Shown: piece by piece, positions 47,992-60,669 of the stretch
How the letters are laid out: the number at the start of each line of letters is the position of its first letter
How positions within the stretch are numbered: position 1 is the stretch's first letter
Assembly (NCBI GenBank): GCA_020536535.1
Contig: JAHLWZ010000790.1
Coordinates: forward strand, 310,001 to 374,000
From: Pelomyxa schiedti
Lineage: Eukaryota > Protista > Evosea
Reading direction: 5' to 3'
Length of the DNA stretch: 64,000 nt
Position numbers and translations under genes: made by a program
The notes under the pieces: generated by a model
The model's database searches: none
What the model was told of the DNA's origin: nothing
The model's input: only the letters and a program-made list of their open reading frames with translations

Positions 47992-50317
47992 TTAACTGCT
48001 GGTGGTGGTGTTTGTGTTTGGGTCGGTGGGAGGTGTGCACCTAATTGTGTTTAGTTCCCGGCGATTTGTACAGTTATGTGAATGGGGAACGCACATAGAG
48101 TCTGGTTGAGCGACACACGACTCGGGGAGAGGGACGGGAGCGACACCCTGAGTGAGGTACTGGAAAGAAATTAATTAAGGAAAAGTGGGGGTGAAAAAGA
48201 AACCTCTCTATCTTGGGGGTAGTAATACTCTCCTGAGGGTGTAATGTAATTACTGGAGGAAAGAGACGAAGTGAAACTTACGAGGGTACATGGCGTACTG
48301 GTCGTGGTATGGCTGTGGGGAATGTGTGACTAAGATGGTAAAGGGGGAGAGCCTATGCATACTTTGCCGAAGTTAACTTTGAAAGGCGCACCGCCAAGGG
48401 TTTTGCCCTGTAAACCTTGAACGGCATCTGAAGCCTCTTTTTCGGTTTGGTAATTGATGAAGCAGCACCTACAAAGAGGTCACAATACATTGCGGCTAAG
48501 CAGACAGGGAAGGAACGTGCTTGTTCTTTGGGAGGCACTTCAATGACACAATTGTCCCAAAATGTTCCGCTAGGCTCCTTATTTCATCTTCTGAAGTTGT
48601 TGCCAAGTCTCCTACCCACACAGCCCTACTAGGAGGATTGGGGACAAGAGGTGCACGTGTGTAAAAAGCAGTTGGTGCACCATACCCAGTGGAAGAGGTG
48701 GGCTGGGATAGGTTAGATTTTTCATTTGAGTAAAAACAAGCACAACCGGTTGCCTTGGTTTACGGAAATGAACAGATAATACGTGTTCATGGAAATTTAA
48801 CTCATGGAATTTAGCCTTCGCCTTTTGTGCTTGTTCCACTGAATCCAGTGTAACGAATGCACAAAACCTGCAAGCTTTCAGAAAAGAGGAGGGGGGAAAA
48901 AAAGAGCATACTTGTCGGATTTGATAGTAACCGCTACATTTTCACAAAACTCACGGAATAATGCTTTAATATCATCTTCTGAGATGTTGTCACCTATATT
49001 CCCCACCCACAATTCCTTGGATGGAACTTCTGGTGTGGACTATGTCACAATGAGCCAAAGGTACAAAGCACACCCCGACATACCACTTTTGGAAGAAACG
49101 AGCGTAATGTCAAAGGTTTTGGGCCAGAGTGTTTCACATTCTTTCCGTGCCCTTGTGTGGTTTGTTGTGGTGCCTGATGAGGCTCTGGCCGCTTGCTCCT
49201 AAGTTTTGTGTGTTTGTTCTTGCTTTCGGCAAGAGAAGGGAAGTTTGCATCGCCTGTTGGGAGAGGTTCCTCTTCAGCAGCAGAGCTTTTGGTGTTACAG
49301 TTGAGAAATTGTTGACAGTAATGTTAAATCTCACCCAGTAGTATGAGAAATGGAAATCTTCTCTATTTGGTTGGATAAATCGGCTGCAGTTTCTGGGGCC
49401 TTTCCAATTTCTTGTGTGGGTGGCTGTGGCCGTTGGGTTACATTGCGCGTTTGTTGGCGTATAGTAGGGTGATGTGGTTGAGTAGTTGCTTGGTGAAGCA
49501 CCTGCCCTTGATGGGTGGTATAAGTTTGTGCGTCTTGTGGCTGTGTAGATTGTTGATCTTGCTGATTATATTTCCTGAACAGTCTGTTTGGATACTGTTG
49601 TGCTTGCTGGGAAGGAATAAATAACCTAGAGGTAACGTGAAGAACGGTACATACATTGTACGGATAAGGTAGATATGGCGGTATAAGTGGAACATTATAG
49701 GGGTAGAACCCATACGGGGGCCAGCCACCTTGCACCATTGGATACAGACCTCTTTCGGCCCCACTACTGGCACCAGTTTGTGATTGCGCGGGTGCATTAA
49801 ATCCACCCGAGGATGTACCACTTTGGTCCGCTGAGGAATTGCGTGCTTCAGTCGGGGGTGTTGTTTCCACTTTGGGTGAAATGGGGGATGTGCTCGGCAT
49901 GGATAACATTGTGGATGGCTTTGGTGTAGGATAGAAGACACCCTTCGAGTAGAAACCCGGAAGGCCAGGTTGAATACGAGGAGGAGGGTAGTACGGCATA
50001 TTTGGATCTATGTACTGTGGGTAAAACTGTCCCCCATAGGGCTGAATACCAGAGAAACAAACGTGAGACTTGGGTTGAAAAAAATAAAAAAAAAGTCGTT
50101 TACTTGTAAGTCTGGCTGCCCGTTGCTGTACATTCACAAAAAGGGATCTGTGTGTTGCACATCAGAAAGAAAGGAAGATCGGTAGATCTCGACGCATTAC
50201 CACGAGGCACTGCCCTTCGGCTCCGGGCCTTTGTTGTATGTTTTTCTTTTGGTTTACTTTCCCAGATCTTCCAAGAATGATGATTGACACCTTAGGATAG
50301 TTGAGGGGCAATTGCAT
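47992..50317 (-). CDS. RNA-binding protein with P/Y/Q-rich N-terminus and two RRMs; start uncertain (ATG 50317 or 49999)
   Basis: RRM1 PSKELWVGNIGDNISEDDIKALFREFC..CAFVTLDSVEQAQKAKAKFHELNFHEHVLSVHF; RRM2 VWVGDLATTSEDEIRSLAEHFGTIVSLKCLPKNK..LQGKTLGGAPFKVNFGK. Confidence 0.75.
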
Positions 50318-50397
50318 GTCCCAAACGACGGGAAATAGAAAAAAATGCTAATCGACGGTCTAAGAGGCAAAAGAGGAAAAATAAGCAATCGAAGGTG

Positions 50398-52099
50398 ATG
50401 CTACGTGCGCTTCTGTTGCGCGAGATTGGGGCGATGCGGCCGGTTTTGTTTCGTCATACGATGTGTGGCAGAGATTCTATGCTTCTAGCTCCAAAGTGCA
50501 TTCTATTTCGTTTAGTTTGTTTTTTTTTTTTTTTTTTGACCAAAGAAAAAGTCCTACTAAAGACGTTCAAGTACCAACAAGCCTACCAATTCGTTGGCTT
50601 GACATTGATCAGGCTGAAGGGCGTTAGTATGCATTTTATTCCCTTTCCGGAAATTTGAACACTTTGCAGTTTACTTGCTGGAGGGACTGATTCTTGTATC
50701 AGTGTCATTGATGTTGCATCTTGCAAATCACCCATAGAACCGTTGTTTACAACTGCCAGGTATGGCTCTTCTTGCCACAAGGCCAATATTTACCCTTTAT
50801 TCATTCATGCAGTGATGAAGGAGCAATGGTGAACATGGTGCAGTGGTTCCCACATGACTCTGGTGCATTTGTCTCAACATCACCTGATGGTGTCATCAAG
50901 CTGTGGGATACAAATAGCCAACAGGTAGCATTTCTAAAGCTTTTATTTAAGGCTGATATTCTGCTCTTAGGTGGTATCAAAGTTCCAGCCAGTGTCCCGC
51001 ATAAACTGTGCATCAATTTCCCCACAGATGTCAACTCACATGCTAATAGCTGGTTTTAACCTTACTCAAACATAATTCTGTAACTCTACTTATAGTTGGT
51101 ACTGAAACGGCTCACGTACAACTATGTGACCTTCGATCTGGTATGGGGTCGCACACCCTTATGGGTATGTGCCCCTTTTACTTTAGAGAAAGACCATGAC
51201 CACGTTCTTTTATGTTCACTGTAGGACATTCCAAGGAAGTTAAGTCTGTTTCCTGGCAACCAGCTAATGAGTATATCCTCGCTTCTGGTTCTTTTGATCA
51301 AAGTATAAGACTATGGGATATACGGTTTGCTTATGTAATGGTTGTCCTTTTCACACTCTATTAGACGGGCTGGTGCCTATATAATACTTGACCAGAGCAA
51401 TCACTCAACTGAACGTTTGCACTGTGCTACGCTTAAAAGCCGAAGTTAGTCTCCATCTCAAATGCATTCATTAACATCCTATTAAGGTAGCAAGCCACAA
51501 CCAATTCGTTCACACAATGGGTGCATCAATTCCTTGCATTTCTCATCTGATGGGCATTACCTGTTTAGCAGTGGTTTGTAACTTCTACCACCATATGTAA
51601 TGATAGGTATAAGGCACTGACTGCCAGATGCGTGTATGGGACCCTGAAAATGGGAAAAACTGTCTTGTAGAGTCATTTTCCTCCACCCAATCATAACTGA
51701 AACACAGGTAAACTTTGGTCGGATAAACAATCCATCACTACTTTCCCTTCAAATTACATCCTCAATCAACAATTATCTGGTGTACCATCCCGAAAAAAAT
51801 GCTGTGCATGCCTTCAATATCAGTACAGGTGAGAAGTTCGCAAGCTACACTGCCCATTTCGCCCAAGTGAATTGTTGTGTGTACAACCCTTGTCAAGAGG
51901 TTTTCCCCCTAAGTGTTGCAACATCTCATTTGAAAAAGGAACTGTACAGTTCTGGTGAGGATCACCAAATAGTGATTTGGAGTCCCCAAAACCATCGTTG
52001 CAATCAAGTTAGTAAACTGTGTCATCCTACCCCAGCTAACATCCCACAAAGAAAAGTAAAGTGGATGCAGAAGACACTTGGAGTGATATTAATGAGTGA
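50398..52099 (+). CDS. ERCC8: Cockayne syndrome A WD40 protein (DNA excision repair ERCC-8)
   Basis: MLRALLLREIG start; WLDIDQAEGRYLLAGGTD; VQWFPHDSGAFVS; LCDLRSGMGSHTLMGH; EYILASGSFDQSIRLWDIRRAG; HFAQVNCCVYNP..ELYSSGEDHQI; C-terminal EDTWSD. Confidence 0.9.
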
Positions 52100-52151
52100 A
52101 CTTGTAAAACTAGAACACCTAATTTATTGGTATAATCTCCATTCCCCACTC

Positions 52152-55100
52152 CTACCATGAGCGAAGGTCTGTCTCTGACTTACCAATAGGCAATGGGGGA
52201 TTTCTATCAAGCCAAGATGGCCCCTTCCCAATTATTGCCATCCCAGTTGCCAGATCATGCTCTGGCCCATATACACGCACTGCGATTCCCTTTGCCTGCT
52301 TCAGCACCAAGGCGGCAAATGCCTGAACCATATTGGCACTAAGGCCCAGGGATTCTTCCAACACTCTGTCACCTCCTTTCTTGCCAGTCATGGTCTCATA
52401 CATGCGGAAGAGCAGCTGGGCCAATTTACTAAGGCATATGGCTACCTTGGGATCACCTGGGCCTATTGTGGAGTCATAGATGTTGAGTGCCTTGAGCCGC
52501 AGTAGAATTCCTTTCTCATATTCACCAGTGTTGTTAAAAACACCCCCCAGCATACTGGAGATAGAACAATTTTAGAAATGTAATTGTAACTTAAGAAATT
52601 TGGTTTTGTTGTTGGAGTGTACCTGAGAGTATCTGCAATTTCAGTGGGCCCTTGATGGTTCCTGAGTTTGCTTTGTAATGACTTGTTGTACAATTCTTCC
52701 CCAATATCAAATTGATGGTCCTGGCTTATTGGTTAGGACAATTTTCTTACGCAACAGACGGAAAAAGAAAATGTACCCAGATACATAACTGAGCATAGTT
52801 ATCTGCAACACTAGATTCGAGTGTTGAATGGGTTGGAAACCGCTCGTCAACTAAATGTACTCATTGGTGTGCATTGGGGATTCAAAGAGTACTAACTTGG
52901 AATTCTGTCTAGAACGTGAAGTGCTTGTTGATAGTACCACACGGCTTCATCCATTTCATCTCCACTCCTTTGGAATGTATTTCAATAGTTGTTCATGATT
53001 ATTTGGAGAGGAAAAGCTAGGAAGGAACCTCCGGAAGTACCCACAATTTGAGTACCGTGCGCGTGCATTTAGACACATGCTACAGCTCTGAGCTGCGAGT
53101 GAAAGGATATTGGCACATGAATACTGATCCTGAACGGATTTGGCAGCGCCAACCCACACACCAACTTGGGACTTCGACAAGTATTTCGTCACTCTTGCTG
53201 GGAAGACTTCATAGAGCATTGAGAGTACTCTTTCAAGAAGTGTGAAGTCAGCCTCACTATTTACTTTCTCAATCAGAGAGGTCATTACGTTGTAACTGTG
53301 AGCAGTCAACAGCTAGAAAATAATATATGTGGTAAGTACTTTTGATAACAGATGCCTCTCAGTATTGTGATATTGGTGGTATCATCCAACATCTTTTTGA
53401 AAACACGAGGGTTGGAAACCCACTCTTGTGCACGTTGTTCATTTTTGAGCTTACCCAAAAGTTGACCATACTCTGTCATCATTCTTGGATGATCAGGGGC
53501 ATAAAGCCTTGAAAGAACTGTGGCCAAAGAGTTGTGCACTTCAGTTTTTTCATTGTTGTCATTGTCATTGAGATATCGCTTTGAAACAGCTACTTTTAGT
53601 GCTTCACTTTTGATTCTCCTGATCCCGTTTGTACTTGCGGAGTTCATTAAAAAAGGCTCCAACGCTAGTGCAAAGCGGAACCACAGCGCGTGCGTTGTGT
53701 TTCCAATGGTCACAATTTCGTCATCTGTTAGGCCACTGTGTGAAGACACAAGATGTACTAATATGACTTTCACTACTCCGGTGGGCACAGTGTAGTCTGC
53801 TTCCCACTGCTTGAGGAACAGTTGCATTAATTTCCAAAGGGAATCTTGTGAGAGGCATTCTTCAAGTTGTGCTGAAAGAGTTTCAAAGACACCATAAATC
53901 CGGAGGTAATCAAGTACTGTCTGAGTGATGATTATTTACCTCCCAAATTGGGGTCGTACCTTCAAATGCAGGGGATTTCCAGTTCGTGCATTTTTGCATA
54001 GGATCTCTAGTTTCTGCTGATCTAGTCGCTTTGAGTGATATGAGAGGTAGTTTGAAGCAAAAGACTGCTTTTGCGGTTCTGTGAATAAAGCCATGGTGTG
54101 CAACACAGTAGTTTTGTTGGTTTTCCGAGGTGTGTAATGTATACACCCCGGTGCCGCGACGGAAAAAACAACGGCGTTAGGAAGATTTTCAGGGAAAAGC
54201 TCGATGTTGGGGGTATTTAGTTGGTCGGTTGAATCGATGATTACCACAACACTAACTGGGGAAGAGGAAGGGATCTCCCTGAATATAGCGATGATATTAT
54301 CATGTGTAAGCTGTGTATTCGGAGGAATTGCCATGGTTATCCCGTAACGTTTCTTTATTAGAGTGCAGACGCGCCGCACAACTTCGGAGCCAATGGAACT
54401 GCGAAAAGAGGTAGAGCATGAGTGATAAATGACAAATAGATCTCTGTCAGAAAAAGCTTTCTCTGCGTGAACTTTCCAGTTGCACAGTAGTGTGGATTTT
54501 CCACTACCTTCAGGGCTATAGATAATGACAGACTTCTCTTCTCTAATACATTCATCAAGAAAGAGAAACTCTTCGTCTCTTGGAGTCCAGTAGCTACATT
54601 GGTGGGATTTCACAAAAGCTGCTTGCCTGGCTTCTTCACCACGTTCACTATTCTGGTTTCCTTCAGAGTCAAGCGGGAAATCCTGCTCAATGGCATTTTT
54701 CAGAAATTCAATGCATAGATCTCCCAATTCAGTAGGATCGGAATAATTGTATACTGGTAACCCTGAAGAAATTATTCTGGTCTTTAAAGAGTGTAGTCTC
54801 TCTTCTGCTTCTGATAAAGGATCAAAGGACTAGACACAGTAGTTTTTGTCATACCAGGGCTTTCTGCTGCATAAATCCTTTGTTCTTCTTCACTCAATTT
54901 TGTGACAAACCCAAATTTGTTTCTCAAGAAAAACCCAGCATGTTTGGCTGATGTTACATCATTCAAAGCACCATGAAGAATTTCCAACTCTGTAACTGAA
55001 CTGTCCAGGGTGTTTTGAATCCAAGGAAATCCACAATCCTCTGCTTGTCTAAACGACTTTGTCAGCGTTGCAGAGTTCTCCCCAGAAGTACATCTATTAA

Positions 55101-56360
55101 GTGAAGTTCAGTAATCGCAGTTAGCCAAAAAAGCTGCAGCCCACCTAGACCATCCATATCTCTCCCCAAGCATACAAAGAAAGTACGGCTTGCACCTTTC
55201 TACCTGAACTGACATCAGTAACGTAAATAGAGGGGGGAGGGATCCACCTGCTCAAGGCATACGCGTATTGTATCCCCGCCAAGTGTTTCCTCTTCAGTGA
55301 TACCCCACCTCAAGTCAACAAAAGAAATAGAGATATCTTGCCCTTGAAATATACGCTGGAGCTCTGGGAAAACCCTTTTGGCAAGAACATTCCTCTCACT
55401 GACAAAATCTCGAAATGTTGACGAACAAAAAACCTAACAGGGAATGAAAACGCCGATTGGGGCTAGTGCATGGGATAGTGCCTTCACAACTCGGGGGGTC
55501 GAATCACTGCCCAAGGGTAGGTTCCTATGATGTTCCAGTGCAAGTAAACCAAAGTCATCTATAGATTGTGCAGGAGCTGCAAGGGACAAAGAGCTACTAG
55601 AATGTTGAGACCATGACAGAAGCAGTGACTGCAAATCAGGGTCCAAAAAAGAGTATGTCAGTTCTGTAATTGTACTAGTATCCATGGACGTTGCACCAGA
55701 AGTGAGTTCAAGACTGAGTTCAGGGTCTAAGTTCTCCAGCTCTGCACAAAATTCTGGTTTTGAACACAAGTACTCCTTGAGTGCAGACTTTTTTTTTTAA
55801 GAAAGAAAAGGGCTTGGGCTTTTTCACCAACAAATTAGAAAGGAAAAAAATAAATGCCATAAAACAGCACAAAAGAAAAGAGAAAACAGAAAACGGCGTA
55901 GGGAAGAAACCCCAGCAGCAGCAACGAGTTGTATTCTATTCGCAACGAAAGTATCGCTATCCCTAGCCAACAACTTAAACCTCCTACACGCGTCCAATAC
56001 AGTGTTCCCCATCCTCACGTCCCACCCAACGAAGCCCTGCCACGCCGACTCTCCCCTTCCCCCCTTGCCCTCCTTCCCCGTGCTCGTGCTCGTGCTCGTG
56101 CGGGGCGCATCGCTGGGGGGCTTGGTCTCCGCCGTCGCAGCCGCCGCTTCGGGTTCGGTAGGGGCGTCGGCGGCGGCGCCGGGGCGTTGCTGGAGCAGCT
56201 CGCTGTTCTTGTGGAGCATCTGGACGGCCTCTTGCACGGCCTCGCGGGATCGGCCCGGCACCAGGTCGATGTTGTCGGCCAGGCACTCGAGGTCGTCCAG
56301 AAGCGGCCACATTTCGTCCAGGGTCGTGGGTTCCTTGCGTATCGTCGGGCGTTGCGCCAT
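52152..56360 (-). CDS. DUF4062-NACHT(STAND)-TPR protein, NPHP3/TEP1-like
   Basis: FVSSTFRDF..ERNVLAKRVFPEL, DLRWG, CLEQVERCKPYFLCMLGERYGW (DUF4062-type); Walker A SPEGSGKSTLL; Walker B VVVIIDSTDQL; GNPLHLK; KLC-type TPR KALNIYDSTIGPGDPKVAICLSKLA. Confidence 0.85.
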
Positions 56361-56489
56361 GTGCCCTTTGAATAGGTGGTTTCTTAGTGACAAAAAACCG
56401 TTATTCTGCGAGGTGGATGTCCTCCTTTTCGATCGTCTGGGAAGGAACTTTTTTTTGGAAAAAAATCCCATTTGGTGAGATATCAGGTA

Positions 56490-59400
56490 TTAGCATGACA
56501 GGGTGTTTGTTGTTCCTGGGCCCACATATGCTACGAATTTGACCACTCCTTCGACGTCTGCTTCGATGCGTTGTGTTCTGTGTTATGGTGAGTTTGGGGA
56601 GTTTGGGGAAAGGAGGTATTACATTCCACTAGGTGATTGAACCAATTTGTAGTAAACCATTGGATGCAGGTGTCCAATGGTGAAATACTTTTTTCCATCC
56701 CCAGGCAAGTTTGAAAGTACTACTAGATCAGTGGAATACGAGATAGTCACAGGAAGGCTGCCGGTGCCCATGGTATAGTAGTACGACGTGCGGGAGAGTG
56801 GATTTACTGTGATGTTGTTTATTCCTAAATCAATGCCGTAAGCGACCTGTGAAAAGCGTTGTTAAGTCGCGTGTGTTTTGTTGTTTTCATTTACCTCATG
56901 TATCAGTTGAACCAGCGTTTCTGGGTATTCATGATAATAGGGGTTGTGTGTTGGCTTCGCTTCACATGTGTACCGCTCATAGAGCCATGTGCTATCAAAG
57001 AGATCATTGACCAAAGGCTGCAGCAGTAGTGATTCAAAGGTAGTTGCGTCTTGTACCTGGGTGTTGCAGTGAATGTTTACGCACTGGAGAAGTGATAAAG
57101 GATACAGCATAACGAGCATGCGCATCAGCCCACCCAATTCTGCCCATTGTCACAGCTGAATCACCAGTGTTGCCATTGTAGCAGTTCTAAAATGAAGCTT
57201 ACATGGAAAAGCTGAAAGGAAGTGGGAGTATACTGCAGCGTCATAATACACCTCAGACACATATGTAGCACGTGCATGGGTGCAAGGTCCCGCATCTACA
57301 CGTTTTAAAATCTTCAGCCAGGTTTCAGTGCTATCCGAAAGATTAAAAGAAAAAGAAAACCTTTGTTGCAAGATCGGAGGATGGGATATTGAATGCAACA
57401 GCTAACAAGTTAGAATCGTAATCAACAAAATCCCTTGTGGTACCATCAGGATTCTAGCAGGTTTTAGTTGTGATCCCTCGTAGGGGTGTTACCAGTTGTG
57501 TGATATAGTGGTCTCCATCTGGTGAGAGTAGGAGAGAGTTGATTGCAGAAGCCATGTTAGAGGCATAGTCCCTAAGTTGATCTGCAGCTGAGGGGTTGTT
57601 CAAGAAAATTTCTAGTTCAGCCATTTCTTACAAATTTGTCAGAAATTTAAAAAAAAAAATAGTCCTGACCTCGGAAGAGATAAACAAGTAGAGAATTAGT
57701 ATCAGATGTATAATTGTTGCGTATGAAGACATCGATCCACAGAGGGCCTAAATAATTTTAACATTCCCTGTGATTGTCATGGCTAAAACCTGGGGCCAGA
57801 ACAAGGTCATTGGGGGAAATTAGATTGGTGAGAAAAGAGACAGCCTTCCTAATGGTCTCAATATCTTCCCGTCAAGTTAACATAAGTGGTTAATGATATG
57901 GTATCTACTCTCTGAAAGCCACTCATAATCCCCAGTAATTTTTACGTATCTATTTGTGTTAAAAAACCAAAAAAAAAAAAAAAGGCAGGGGCGAGTACTC
58001 AAGAGCTGCAAGGGTCCAGAAACAGTTCGGGCCTGTCTGAGTTGCCCCTTTTTAGCAGTGAGAATGACCATATTCACTTCGTTTGACACACCACTAATGG
58101 CTATATAGGTCGGCTCATTCACAATAAAGTGGTGAGGAATTTGTCCTGTTTCAAGGATGTAATCGCCAGATAGCTCCACCAATTTACGTGCTTCGTTGTG
58201 TAAGAAAGGATCTCCTGAGTACAGAAGAGATGTTACACAGAACCAGGTGTCTGATTGCACTCAAGTAAATTGATTGCGTAACGTAATGTTATTAGTAACC
58301 AGGGTCGTAGAAGTTATACAAATCAGAATAGGAATGACTTGGGGTTGCAAGGGTGGGTGACATCTAGATCAATGAATGAATGAGGCATGTTTTCAGGAGG
58401 GAAAAAAAAAATACTTCTCCGGCTGTTTCGTTGTAGTAACTGACAAGTGCCCCAACGGCAGTCCCATATATGGAAGTGAGTCTGGCCCTAACATCGTCAA
58501 AGCAACTAGAAAAGAAAGGGTCAAATGGAATACAGTTGCGTAATTGTATACCACTCCAAATCTTCTTCAGGCGCCATACTTGAAGGAAAATCATACTCTG
58601 ATGCATAAATTTGCACAGCAACAGTCCATGACATAGTTGTGTCAATAGATAATTCGGGTGCATCTTGCCATTTCTGTGATAGGTCCCAGTTGTCACAGTC
58701 AGGGTATTCCCCAATTGAAATGATGTGAAACCCTGAACAAAATGAGCAAAATGAGGGACAATTCGCCCCTTCAACTCTATCATTCTCACCAGTTCGCATA
58801 AGCTGATCAGCCACAGTTGAACTGAAAGTTGTTGTCTTGGAGATTGCTGCTCCAGATGGCCATATCTCCACACTGCCCCCACCAAGTGCATACATTCGAT
58901 TCAACACGGGCCCATTGGTGGAAATTGAGCGACCTGGAGAATCCATCATTTGAATAACGCCCCTGTCATCAAACAGTGTATAAATGCTCTTGGGAACCAA
59001 GTAGCTAGGGAGAAGTCGGAAAAAAATAAGGAAAAAACCTGGAATTACATACAAAGCCAACTGTGAAGAAAGAATGGATGTGGATGTGACAGGTTGTACA
59101 ACCACAGACAAGTCCATATAACGAGAGGTTGATTCAAGGGACAAAGTCCAATCAGATGTGAGAGTGGGATTACCAGGGTCATCAACAACATTGTGCACAA
59201 CGACAGTGCTACCACTAGTGTCATTTCGCAGAACTTCCACCTTTTTGTTACGTTCAAATTGCAGTTGCAAAAAAAAGGATAGAGCTGAAAGGAGATGATA
59301 GAATCCACACTTACAGACAAGGAACTGGAGGCACCAAGAGATGATGCCGTAGTGTCATAGCCCAGCAGTGTTTTGTAGTTCATCTCCAACACAATTCCCT

Positions 59401-59691
59401 TGCGATTCAATGAATCCCGTTTTGGGGTTGATAACACATTTGGGGACTGCGAGAAATCCCCAGTGCCCAACACTGAGCCTTTGATAACATCGATGCATGG
59501 GTTGGCTAAATCAAACCTGGTTATATACAACGTTAAGGAACAGCTTGAGTAACAAATTGACACAGTAACTCTGAATGGAAAAAATTGTTTGACAATGTCA
59601 CACGGTCAGAGGTAATGACGAGATCCCCGGCCACAGTTGCCGTTAAAATTACAAAGACAACGGCCAACACAACCGCAAACGACGCCATCAT
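56490..59691 (-). CDS. Secreted uncharacterised protein with probable (alpha/alpha)6 six-hairpin glycosidase-like catalytic domain
   Basis: Signal peptide MMASFAVVLAVVFVILTATVAG; beta-rich N-terminal part; then GQIPHHF, AISG..QTGPNCFWTLAALE.YVKITGDYEWL, DFVDYDSNL.AVAF, MGRIGWAD, WLYERYTC, YYHEYPE. The fold assignment is inference. Confidence 0.6.
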
Positions 59692-59769
59692 CAATTTGAA
59701 GAAACTTTCAGAGAAATCTCGCGTAGGAGAAAAAAGGTTTTCATAAAACCAGTGTCTCTTGTATCAGTA

Positions 59770-60618
59770 TCATGTGTGGAGTAAAGGTTGGGACACAGGG
59801 AGTATGGAGGTAGATGTAGTTGTTGGTGTGGGGTTTTCCTGGCTGTTATTCTTGTTCTGGCTCTTCTTATTCTTGTGCTTGTTTTTGTGCCTGGGTTTGC
59901 TCTTTCCCTTTCTTGTGTGCTTTTTTGGTGTTTTTGCGGTGGGAATAGGAACCGTGACTGTGCCTTGTTTGATCGGAGCCACATCCACCTCCATATTGGT
60001 GCCTGTAACATTTACATCATTCGTTGTGACAGTGGAATTGCCACCAGAAGACCCCTGCACGCCACTCTGTTGGAGAAGGTTCTGATTCTTGTTCTTGTTC
60101 TTGTTCTTGCCCTTGCTCTTGTTACTGACACTGATCTTGCATTTGCCCTGCTTGCTTTTCCCCCTTCTCCTTCTTCTCCTGCTGCCTCGTGTGCAATCGC
60201 CGCAGCCACCAGGGGCGACCGCGGGACCCCCGCCGCCCGGCGCGAGCAGCATCGCGGCGAGGGCGCGGGGGGACACGGTGTGGTAGCGCCTCAGGGCCCC
60301 GCAGGTGCGGCAGCGCCACGCGACGTGGGTGCGGCGCCAGGGGCACACCTTGGCCCGCGCCGTGACCCCCGCCACCAGCGGCGTGCTGCAGATGCGGCAG
60401 AGGGAGCGCTTCAGGCTGGGCGACAGCCGCAGCACCTGCTTCTGTGCGACTGTGCGCAGGGTGCGGGAGTAGATGGCCGACAACTGGGGCACCGCGGGCA
60501 GCAAAAGCAGCGACGCCTGGTGCAGGTAGTTCATCCTCTTGAAGCTGTCCTCATTACAATACACCTTGAGTGCCTTTTTACTCGGTTCCGCTGCCGTTCC
60601 GTTGTTTTCCTCCATCAT
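59770..60618 (-). CDS. RPP21: RNase P subunit Rpp21/Rpr2, intronless, with K/N-rich C-terminal extension
   Basis: DSFKRMNYLHQAS..SAIYSRTLRTVAQKQVLRLSPSLKRSLCRICSTPLVAG..HVAWRCRTCGALRRY is the Rpr2 Zn-ribbon signature. Confidence 0.9.
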   Translation of the reverse strand: MMEENNGTAAEPSKKALKVYCNEDSFKRMNYLHQASLLLLPAVPQLSAIYSRTLRTVAQKQVLRLSPSLKRSLCRICSTPLVAGVTARAKVCPWRRTHVAWRCRTCGALRRYHTVSPRALAAMLLAPGGGGPAVAPGGCGDCTRGSRRRRRRGKSKQGKCKISVSNKSKGKNKNKNKNQNLLQQSGVQGSSGGNSTVTTNDVNVTGTNMEVDVAPIKQGTVTVPIPTAKTPKKHTRKGKSKPRHKNKHKNKKSQNKNNSQENPTPTTTSTSILPVSQPLLHT

Positions 60619-60669
60619 TTTCGAATGTTTTTCTTTTTTGTGATTGAATCTTGGAGAAAGAACTGGTAT

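Noticed and set aside
55990-56370. GC-rich patches as bacterial or symbiont contamination, or HGT inserts
   Set aside because: They are in frame within eukaryote-specific, spliced genes (RPP21, NPHP3-like, RS protein) and grade into host-type sequence within the same exon.
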